Shown here in pieces: positions 31,212 to 38,625 of a stretch of DNA of 64,000 bases. Under the pieces are notes generated by a model. It was not told the DNA's origin. It worked only from the letters and a program-made list of their open reading frames with translations, and ran no database searches. The DNA comes from Alphaproteobacteria bacterium (lineage in GTDB: Bacteria > Pseudomonadota > Alphaproteobacteria > Rickettsiales > UBA1997): the NCBI GenBank assembly GCA_021151765.1, contig JAGKWR010000002.1, positions 59,131 through 123,130 on the forward strand. The letters run 5' to 3'. The translations under genes and the position numbers were made by a program. Every line of letters begins with the position of its first letter. The stretch's first letter is position 1.

Positions 31212-32475
31212 TAGAATTCTCTTTGGCTCGAGATCTCGACCTCATAACTTCCCTAATTTGCAGCTCTCCAGCCCACGCTTCTTCTAGTATTTTTGTATCC
31301 TCTAACGAAGGACGACGATTTTGATCATAAGGTAAATATAGCACATCAGATTCAGGAAGAGAAAGATCATATCTTGGAGATGATAATAAAGATAAAATAG
31401 TTTTAGTTGTACTTGTGCTATCATGTATTGCCTTTGCGTAACTTTCGAGTCCGTGTCCCAAAAAGTTATGTTTCAAAACATCTGATTTATCAAAATATAA
31501 CTCTTTAACTTTACCAGCACCAAATATGTACATAGATTCATTACGACCTAATCTAACAGATTTGAATATTTCCGGTCTGTAAAGAAGAGAATTACAATGA
31601 AAATTATTAAAATCCGCCTCTGGCTTAGCAGTTCCCATATCCATAACTGATCGAATATTCAATACACTGATACGGTCTAGTCTTCTGACTTCAGCATCCC
31701 CAAAATCAGTATAATCTTTTTCTGTGATATCACCAAGATCGATAGTGCCTTGTTCCACAGCTGTCAAAATTTCTTTAGAAACTTTTTTGCCTCTCCAATT
31801 AACCGGACTACCAATATTAACCACAGCCACTTTTTCAAAATATCTTTGAATCAAAGAAGGATTTTTACCTTCTTTATCCAAAGATTGCGCAATCTTATCA
31901 TACAAAAAATTGATGTGAGATATGTTCTCACGATGTCCAATACTAAAGCCAACTAAAAGCAAATTCTGAACTTTTCTAGGATCTTTTAACTTACCATCAG
32001 TAAAGAATCTTTTTTCTAAGACTTGTTTAAAGAAATTCTGTGACTCTTCTTCGTTTACGTAAGACTCGTCGTAATAATATGGCAGACCTTTTCTAAACCT
32101 TTCTTGTCTACCTTCGGAGTCTCTCAAAGAACTATAAACCGCAACTTCATCTTTGTATAATAAATGAGAAATCGGCTCATATGATTCAAATAAACTCTTC
32201 TCTGATCCACCACCACCTAAACCACAAGAAAGCACGATCGAAAAATGATTACTAATATCGGTTGAATCTAATATCTCAGATTTTCCTGCTTTATCAAAAG
32301 TAACGACTTTGCCAGCAAGGATATTGGGTTTACCCTCTTTTATCTTTTGGGGAGATTTACCTACACCAAGAGTATTATCTCTAATCAATTCTACTACATT
32401 CGGGGTCACAAAAGAACTACGACGCGCTAATGTTGCAAAGGATCTTATACTAATAATATTAGGTGGTTTCATCAT
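31189..32475 (-). CDS. hypothetical protein, possible alpha/beta-hydrolase
   Basis: 428 aa. GxSxG-like LLLVGFSIGH, a glycine cluster LSCGLGGGG that could be an oxyanion-hole region, and a late His (NFLGHGL). Pattern-level only. Confidence 0.3.
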   Translation of the reverse strand: MMKPPNIISIRSFATLARRSSFVTPNVVELIRDNTLGVGKSPQKIKEGKPNILAGKVVTFDKAGKSEILDSTDISNHFSIVLSCGLGGGGSEKSLFESYEPISHLLYKDEVAVYSSLRDSEGRQERFRKGLPYYYDESYVNEEESQNFFKQVLEKRFFTDGKLKDPRKVQNLLLVGFSIGHRENISHINFLYDKIAQSLDKEGKNPSLIQRYFEKVAVVNIGSPVNWRGKKVSKEILTAVEQGTIDLGDITEKDYTDFGDAEVRRLDRISVLNIRSVMDMGTAKPEADFNNFHCNSLLYRPEIFKSVRLGRNESMYIFGAGKVKELYFDKSDVLKHNFLGHGLESYAKAIHDSTSTTKTILSLLSSPRYDLSLPESDVLYLPYDQNRRPSLEDTKILEEAWAGELQIREVMRSRSRAKENSNDVSNSR

Positions 32476-32623
32476 TAAAAATTATAAAAATTATGACTCA
32501 GTTTAATTGAACTAACATGTTACTACTTTGAATCATAGGTAATTCTTTTACTAATCTTGGGCTGTCTTTTCCAATGAAAAACTCAACCACTTGATTTTGC
32601 AAAAATTCATTACGGCTGATTTT

Positions 32624-33580
32624 TTATGACATTGCCAACATTTTACGCAAAGGCTCTTCGGCTTTCACTCGCAAAGCTTCGTCAAGTTGTAATTCTCCGC
32701 CACTTGGCGATTTGTCGCCATATTTTAAAACTAGGTAAAGCTTCTCTAAAGTGTTAAGCTGCATGTGCGGACAATTGTTGCACATCGTACAACCAGCACG
32801 ATCTTCAAAATAGCATTCATAGAACTTTCCGGTCGGATTATCACGTTGCATTTGATGAATGATGTGCGGCTCAGTTAGAACAATAAATTCATCACCTTGA
32901 TGTTGCGTCGCAAATTTCAAAAGCGCTGAAGTTGAGCCAATGTGATGAGCGTACGCCAACAAATGTTGCGGACATTCCGGATGCGCAATCACCTTAGCAT
33001 TTGGATGATTCGCGATCAATTTCACCAATTCTTTCTCGCTGAATTGCTCGTGCACCATACAAGATCCGTTCCACAAAATCATTTTGCGGCCAGTCACTTT
33101 TTCTAAATAACGACCCAAATGTTGATCCGGCGCGAAGATAATTTCACGATCCGCGGGAATTTGTTCGATAATTTTTTTAGCGTTAGAAGACGTAACGATA
33201 ATATCTGACAAAGCTTTGATATCGGCGGAACAATTAATGTAGCTTGCAACCAAAGCTTGCGGATGTTTTTTCTTAAACTCGGCAAATGGCGCTGGTTGGC
33301 AAGAATCTTCCAAACTGCAACCTGCTTTCAAATCTGGCACCAAAACTTTTTTGGAAGGCGACAAAATTTTCGCCACTTCCGCCATAAATTTTACGCCACA
33401 AAACACGATTGTATCCGCATCAGTTGCCGCAGCATTGCGCGATAAATCAAGTGAATCGCCAACGAAATCAGCAATATCTTGGATTTCGCCATCTTGATAA
33501 TAATGCGCCAAAATCACGGCGTTTTGTTCTTTTTTTAAACGAAGAATTTCTTCTTCCAAATTATGAGGAATTGCAAACAT
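32624..33580 (-). CDS. nadA: quinolinate synthase
   Basis: 318 aa. [22 protein letters not shown], three-fold repeat architecture and a C-terminal Cys cluster. Confidence 0.9.
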   Translation of the reverse strand: MFAIPHNLEEEILRLKKEQNAVILAHYYQDGEIQDIADFVGDSLDLSRNAAATDADTIVFCGVKFMAEVAKILSPSKKVLVPDLKAGCSLEDSCQPAPFAEFKKKHPQALVASYINCSADIKALSDIIVTSSNAKKIIEQIPADREIIFAPDQHLGRYLEKVTGRKMILWNGSCMVHEQFSEKELVKLIANHPNAKVIAHPECPQHLLAYAHHIGSTSALLKFATQHQGDEFIVLTEPHIIHQMQRDNPTGKFYECYFEDRAGCTMCNNCPHMQLNTLEKLYLVLKYGDKSPSGGELQLDEALRVKAEEPLRKMLAMS

Positions 33581-33582
33581 GG

Positions 33583-34572
33583 TTATAATCCAACGATTTC
33601 AAAAACTTCTTTTTTAGTTTGAGCGGCAATCGCTCTTGCTTGTTCTCTGCCTTGATCAAGAACTTGACGAACATAAGTTTGGTCTTGCTTGAAGCGTCTT
33701 AAATTTTCTTGAATTGGGCGTAATTTTTCGATCAAACTTTCGGCTAAATCATTTTTAAATTTACCGTTGCCAGCAGTTTCATATTCTTGCGCTAAATCTT
33801 GTGGCGACTTATTGGCCGCCGCCGAGAAAATATTTAACAAGTTGCACATTTCCAAACGCGACTCGTCAAAATTGATTGTTGGCAATGAATCGGTTTTGGC
33901 CTTTTTAATTTTTTTCAAAATCAAATCAGCGTCGTCATTTAAATTGATGCGCGATAAATCTGATTCATCAGACTTGCTCATTTTCTTAGCGCCATCTTGC
34001 AAAGACATGATGCGTTTGACTTCTTTGACAATCATCGGCTCCGGCAATTTAAAGTATTCGCAACCAAAACGACGATTAAAAGCGCCGGCAATGTCGCGAG
34101 TAAGTTCAAGATGCTGTTTTTGATCTTCGCCAACCGGCACAATATCGGCGCGGTAAAGCAAAATGTCGGCAGCCATTAAAACTGGGTAAGAGTAAAGACC
34201 GAGATTTTCATCTTTTGCTGATTTCTCTTTAAACTGCGTCATACGATTGAGCCATCCCATCGGCGTCAAAGTGCCAAAAACCCAGGCCAATTCTGCATGT
34301 TCAGCCACTTCGCTTTGAACAAATAACGTAACTTTTTTGGGATCTAAACCACAAGCCAAGTAAACCGCAGCAGCGTCAATCACGTTTTGACGCAGTTCGC
34401 GCGGATCTTGCGGCAAAGTAATAGCGTGCAAATTCATCACGCCGAACACGCATTTGTGCTGATCTTGCAAATCAATCCAATTTGCAATCGAACCTAAGTA
34501 ATTTCCCAAATGCAGATTTCCTGTCGGCTGAATTCCAGATAAAACAGTTTTCATAATTTGATTTGATTTCAA
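33583..34572 (-). CDS. trpS: tryptophan--tRNA ligase
   Basis: 329 aa. [16 protein letters not shown] (HIGH-type) and KMSKSD. Confidence 0.95.
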   Translation of the reverse strand: MKSNQIMKTVLSGIQPTGNLHLGNYLGSIANWIDLQDQHKCVFGVMNLHAITLPQDPRELRQNVIDAAAVYLACGLDPKKVTLFVQSEVAEHAELAWVFGTLTPMGWLNRMTQFKEKSAKDENLGLYSYPVLMAADILLYRADIVPVGEDQKQHLELTRDIAGAFNRRFGCEYFKLPEPMIVKEVKRIMSLQDGAKKMSKSDESDLSRINLNDDADLILKKIKKAKTDSLPTINFDESRLEMCNLLNIFSAAANKSPQDLAQEYETAGNGKFKNDLAESLIEKLRPIQENLRRFKQDQTYVRQVLDQGREQARAIAAQTKKEVFEIVGL

Positions 34573-34591
34573 TTTTGAAGGGCGCGCACTC

Positions 34592-34615
34592 TAATTTCGT
34601 GATCTTGTAAGGCAA
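34592..34615 (+). repeat. direct-repeat copy of the rnpB promoter-proximal / P1 5' strand sequence
   Basis: TAATTTCgtGATCTTGTAAGGCAA here versus TAATTTCcacGATCTTGTAAGGCAA at 37004-37028. Identical 7-nt and 15-nt blocks. The two copies bracket the ankyrin gene 34701..36959. Confidence 0.7.
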
Positions 34616-34700
34616 CAAAGCTTTTTTAAAATCAGTTCAATTTGGTTGAAAAATTGCAATCTCTTTCAAATGGCTTTGCAAATCTATTTCCCGCGACAAA

Positions 34701-36959
34701 TCAGAGGTTCTTTCCTTTAGTATTTTTAGCTGAATTTTCTTCTTGGCTTTGCACTTTTTCACGAAAATCTGCTTTATGATTTTTACGTTCAAAAACTTTT
34801 TCGCCGCTTATTGTTTGAATTTTAAGAGGTTGCGGTGAGCGACTTGGAATTTCGATCTTTTTAGTTTCAAACTCAGTTCTTCCTTGGTCGGCAGATTGCT
34901 GATTTTTCGAAACTTCGTTTTCTTTATTCGGTTTTATCAATTCAGAATCTTGAGTTGGCGACTTTTGCTGCACATTTTCTGGTTGCAGATTTTTTAATTT
35001 TTCTTTCGATCTTTTTTCTTGTTCTGCCATCAAATAACCAATGTCTAAAACTTCAGATTTTGGCAAAACTTTTTGCTCTTTTTCTTGAGAAATTTGTAAC
35101 TGTTTTTGTTGTTGAATTGGCTTTATTGGTGCAAAATCTGTTTTGCTTTTGCTATCCAATACAACGCTGGAAGATTCTATTTTCTTATCGCCAGAATTAT
35201 CAGGAACTTTTATTTTTGATTGTTCCACCACTGTTTTGTTTGCTATTTCAGCTTTCTCAGAAACAGAGAATTTTGGTTCTATTGGTTGTTCTTTTTTAAA
35301 ATCAAATTGCACAGCTTTTTCAACAAGCTGAGGCAAAGTTTTTGATTCCGTGTTTTCTTGAGTTTTAACCTCAGATTTTTGTAATTTCTTACTATCGTTA
35401 CCTAACTCAAATACTTGATCTATTCTAACTTCAAGGCTCTGAAATGAAGTTTTTAAATCTTTAATCGGAGATTTTTTTTCGGATTCGACATCAAATTTTT
35501 TTGAATCTTGACCAACTATAGCATCACGTAAATCCTGAGTTATGTAGTTACCCTTGGCAATTGCTTGCGAAATTGCACTAACTAAAACTTCACGACGTGA
35601 AAACATCGACAACGCACCAATCATTGATGAATCAGCGTTATCAACTGCAATATCAATAATAGTTTTACTACCTTCACGATGATTGACGTTAGCACCACAA
35701 TTAATCAACAAAACTGCAATCAAAGACTGGCCAGATTTAACGGCATTAAACAGTAATTTATTGATATCTTCTTTGCTTAAATCGATTTGCAGCATTTTCT
35801 CCAGTTCAGCTATTGCAGCTGATTTGGTTTGTTTCTGTTCTTTATCGTTTTTTATTTCTGGTTGCGGTTTTTCTGCAACTTTTGACGGCTGAGAATTTTC
35901 AGCTTTTTCAGTATTTTGAATTTGACTTTGTTGCGCGATTTTAGCTAAAGCCTCGCTTAATTCTTGACGATTACTCGATTCTCTTTCTTTCGTGGAATAT
36001 GTTGTAACTTTTTGAGCAGTTTGGCTTTGAGATTGCAAATTTGATGATTTTTGTTCTGCATCACGAGTCTTTTGTTCTTTCTGAGCAGATTCTTTGGCTA
36101 ATTTTTCTCTCGCCAAAGTATATTCGTAAATCGCTTCCATTTCACGATAAATTCGCAACTGTTCTTGCTGCATTCTATCAATCTCAGCTTGCTGACGCTT
36201 CAAAGCTGCTGACTCAGCTTTTCGTTCTTTTGAATCATCATTTTTAGCTTTTTTACGAGCTTTTTCTTCTTCCTCTTTTTGGCGTGATCTTTCTTGATCA
36301 TTTTCTTGTTGTTCTGAATTTATTCCCTTAGCGCCATTTGCTTTCAAAACTTCTACAGCTTTTTGTTCACCAATCATTTCAGCAAAATCACGCGCCGTAA
36401 ATCCGTAAGAATTTTTTTCATTAACGTTAGCTCCGCGATCAATTAAAACCTGCATCTTTTCAATTTTACCGGAAAGCATCGCAGCCGTCAGCGGACTCAA
36501 ACCACATTCACCAAATTTACTTAAATCTTCTGGTTTAAGTTGGCATTTATCGAAGAATTCCATCGATTTTTCCAACGGTTTGCTTGAGGCGCAGGAAATG
36601 ATAAAAATTTCTTTAGCAATAGCTTTTACGCGGTCGCGACGCTGTTTCTCAGCTTCTACTTCTTTTTTAGTTTTGGGATTATTTGAGTTTAAATCTTGAC
36701 CTTCAGAATCTTTATCACGGGCTTTCGCACTTTCTTTTTCCAAAGCTTGCAGCTCTTTTAGATAATCGCGTAATTTTTTTGGCAAAGTTTCAATTAAACT
36801 AGCCGCTTTACGATTTTTTAACTTAGCAATATTTTCAGGTTGGAAGTTTTCATCGCGCAACAAATCTTCAATAAAGTTACGCAAATATTGCTCATCAACT
36901 TCTTCTTCCAAAGGTATGTTAAAATATTCGTCTGAATTTTGATTTGGATTATTTTTCAC
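34701..36959 (-). CDS. ankyrin-repeat protein with long charged coiled-coil / low-complexity regions
   Basis: 752 aa. ANK-like units (GLSPLTAAMLSGKIEKMQVLIDRGANVNEKNSYGFTARDFA; LLFNAVKSGQSLIAVLLINCGANVNH) separated by E/K/Q-rich stretches. Paralog of 40578..41612. Confidence 0.8.
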   Translation of the reverse strand: MKNNPNQNSDEYFNIPLEEEVDEQYLRNFIEDLLRDENFQPENIAKLKNRKAASLIETLPKKLRDYLKELQALEKESAKARDKDSEGQDLNSNNPKTKKEVEAEKQRRDRVKAIAKEIFIISCASSKPLEKSMEFFDKCQLKPEDLSKFGECGLSPLTAAMLSGKIEKMQVLIDRGANVNEKNSYGFTARDFAEMIGEQKAVEVLKANGAKGINSEQQENDQERSRQKEEEEKARKKAKNDDSKERKAESAALKRQQAEIDRMQQEQLRIYREMEAIYEYTLAREKLAKESAQKEQKTRDAEQKSSNLQSQSQTAQKVTTYSTKERESSNRQELSEALAKIAQQSQIQNTEKAENSQPSKVAEKPQPEIKNDKEQKQTKSAAIAELEKMLQIDLSKEDINKLLFNAVKSGQSLIAVLLINCGANVNHREGSKTIIDIAVDNADSSMIGALSMFSRREVLVSAISQAIAKGNYITQDLRDAIVGQDSKKFDVESEKKSPIKDLKTSFQSLEVRIDQVFELGNDSKKLQKSEVKTQENTESKTLPQLVEKAVQFDFKKEQPIEPKFSVSEKAEIANKTVVEQSKIKVPDNSGDKKIESSSVVLDSKSKTDFAPIKPIQQQKQLQISQEKEQKVLPKSEVLDIGYLMAEQEKRSKEKLKNLQPENVQQKSPTQDSELIKPNKENEVSKNQQSADQGRTEFETKKIEIPSRSPQPLKIQTISGEKVFERKNHKADFREKVQSQEENSAKNTKGKNL

Positions 36960-37018
36960 GGTTAATCTTTAAAACTTAATTTGCTTTGCAAAGCGACACT
37001 TTGTAATTTCCACGATCT

Positions 37019-37514
37019 TGTAAGGCAAGTAGATGATCGCTGGTTTTAGTTTGGTAACAAATTTGAAAATCAGAGGAAAGTCCGGACTCCTCGTCAGAAA
37101 CGATACCAGCTAACGGCTGGCCACGCAGCTTGAATAAACTAGAGCGGCTGAGGGAAAGTATCACAGAGAATATACCACCAACCATCATTGACTAGCTTGA
37201 TTTTATGCTCTCTTAATCGGAAGTGTTTAGTCGCTACCTTGATGAATTGGCCAGGGTGAAAACGCGAGGTAAGAGCTCACGCGCTTTCGTGGTAACACGA
37301 ATTTGGAAAAACCCTATCGGGAGCAAGACCAAATAGGAATGGCAGTTTAGCAATAAACAATGTTCTGACGCATGCCGTTCGGGTAGGTTGCTTGAGGTCA
37401 ACAGCGATGTTGATCCTAGATGAATGATCGTCCCGCTTACGCTTCGCTACAGCGCGGCTTTGCCCGTGTTGTTGAAGTGTTTGCGGACAGAATCCGGCTT
37501 ATTCTTGTCTTACA
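37019..37514 (+). ncRNA. rnpB: RNase P RNA, bacterial type A
   Basis: GAGGAAAGTCCGGACTCC (37073-37090), CCAGGGTGAAAACGCGAGGTAAGAGCTCACGCG, GGGAGCAAGACCAAATAGG, GGGTAGGTTGCTTGAGG, CCTAGATGAATGATCGTCC and GACAGAATCCGGCTTAT align block by block with E. coli M1 RNA. P1 pairs TGTAAGGCAAG (37019-37029) with CTTGTCTTACA (37504-37514). Ends are accurate to about 5 nt. Confidence 0.9.
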
Positions 37515-37690
37515 TTTTAAATTCCGGTGAGAGCCGGATTTTATTTATTTCTTCTGATCGCAAAACGATCAGTGGCCGGCTTATTCTTGTCTTACATTTT
37601 AAATTTCGGTGCGAGCCGGATTTTATTTATTTCTTCTGATCGCAACACGATCAGTTGGCCGGCTTATTCTTGTTTTACATTCATTAAATT
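37494..37690 (+). repeat. tandem repeat (about 82-83 bp, about 2.4 copies) of the rnpB 3' end plus terminator hairpins
   Basis: Units start at 37494, 37576 and 37659 (partial). Each begins CCGGCTTATTCTTGTCTTACA (the rnpB P1 3' strand). The two full units (1 and 2) continue with hairpin TCCGGTGAGAGCCGGA + T-rich tract and hairpin CTGATCGCAAAACGATCAG. Units 1 and 2 differ by 3 substitutions and 1 indel. Confidence 0.85.
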
Positions 37691-37777
37691 TAAAACTGCG
37701 TTTTAAATTTAGGTTAATTTCGAGTTGCTACAGGCGAAGTAAATTCGCCTATCCACAACAAAGTTTATTTTTTTAAG

Positions 37778-38563
37778 ATGCTTACTACCAACGAAATTCG
37801 TACAAAATTCCTCGATTACTTTGCCAAAAATGGCCATGAAATTATTGCGTCTAGTCCTTTGATTCCGCATAACGACCCTACTTTGATGTTTACCAACGCG
37901 GGGATGAATCAGTTCAAAAATTATTTTACTGGCGTGGAAGTTCCGAAATTCAAACGCGCAGCGACTTCGCAAAAATGTGTCCGTGCTGGTGGTAAACACA
38001 ACGATCTGGACAATGTTGGCTACACTGCCCGTCATCACACTTTTTTTGAAATGTTAGGTAATTTTTCTTTTGGCGATTATTTCAAAGAAGAAGCGATTTT
38101 TTATGCGTGGAATTTGTTGACGAAAGAATTCGGTATCAACCCACAAAAGCTTTTAGTTACTGTTTATCACAACGATGATGAAGCGGCAAATTTTTGGAAA
38201 AAAATTGCTGGTTTAAATGATGATAAAATTATTCGTATCGCAACTGACGACAACTTCTGGTCGATGGGCGACACTGGTCCTTGCGGCCCGTGCTCAGAAA
38301 TTTTCTTCGATCATGGCGATAAAATTTTCGGCGGCCCTCCAGGCAGCAAGGATGAAAATGGTGATCGTTTTATCGAAATTTGGAATTTGGTTTTCATGCA
38401 ATTTGAAAAACACAAAGACGGCAAAATGATTCCATTGCCAAAACCTTGTATTGATACTGGCATGGGCTTGGAACGTGTCACTTCAGTGATGCAAGGCGTT
38501 CATGATAATTACGAAACTGACAGCTTCAAAAAATTGATCGGCGAAATTCAAAAAATTGTGTAA
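37778..38563 (+). CDS. alaS: alanine--tRNA ligase, N-terminal catalytic-core fragment (split gene)
   Basis: 261 aa. [101 protein letters not shown] and DTGMGLERV. It ends ...[13 protein letters not shown], about where E. coli AlaRS reads ...LFRTLIQAVAKVT. Confidence 0.9.
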   Translation: MLTTNEIRTKFLDYFAKNGHEIIASSPLIPHNDPTLMFTNAGMNQFKNYFTGVEVPKFKRAATSQKCVRAGGKHNDLDNVGYTARHHTFFEMLGNFSFGDYFKEEAIFYAWNLLTKEFGINPQKLLVTVYHNDDEAANFWKKIAGLNDDKIIRIATDDNFWSMGDTGPCGPCSEIFFDHGDKIFGGPPGSKDENGDRFIEIWNLVFMQFEKHKDGKMIPLPKPCIDTGMGLERVTSVMQGVHDNYETDSFKKLIGEIQKIV

Positions 38564-38625
38564 GTTTTGGAATGTAATTCAATTTCTTACACAGTCGCTA
38601 ACCTAGAAATGGTAGATTCCCAATT

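Noticed and set aside
36981-37007. Sigma-70 promoter for rnpB (TTGCTT ... TGTAAT)
   Set aside because: The -10-like TGTAAT (37002-37007) is well placed about 11 nt before the P1 start. The best -35 candidates give 10- or 15-nt spacers, which is too weak to report as a feature.
36976-37639. Track ORFs 36976..37188 (-) and 37424..37639 (+)
   Set aside because: Both lie inside or over the RNase P RNA gene and its 3' repeat array. The conserved rnpB blocks explain the sequence, so these are not called as CDS.
37494-37690. Possible CRISPR array
   Set aside because: The units are contiguous 82-83 bp tandem repeats with no unique spacers, and they consist of the rnpB 3' end plus terminator hairpins. 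No cas genes are in the window.
7027-38563. Split-intein (trans-splicing) explanation for the two alaS halves
   Set aside because: The N half ends directly in AlaRS sequence with a stop and has no Cys/Ser-initiated N-intein. The C half begins MKA and then AlaRS sequence, with no C-intein ending in HN plus a nucleophile. Any assembly would have to be non-covalent.
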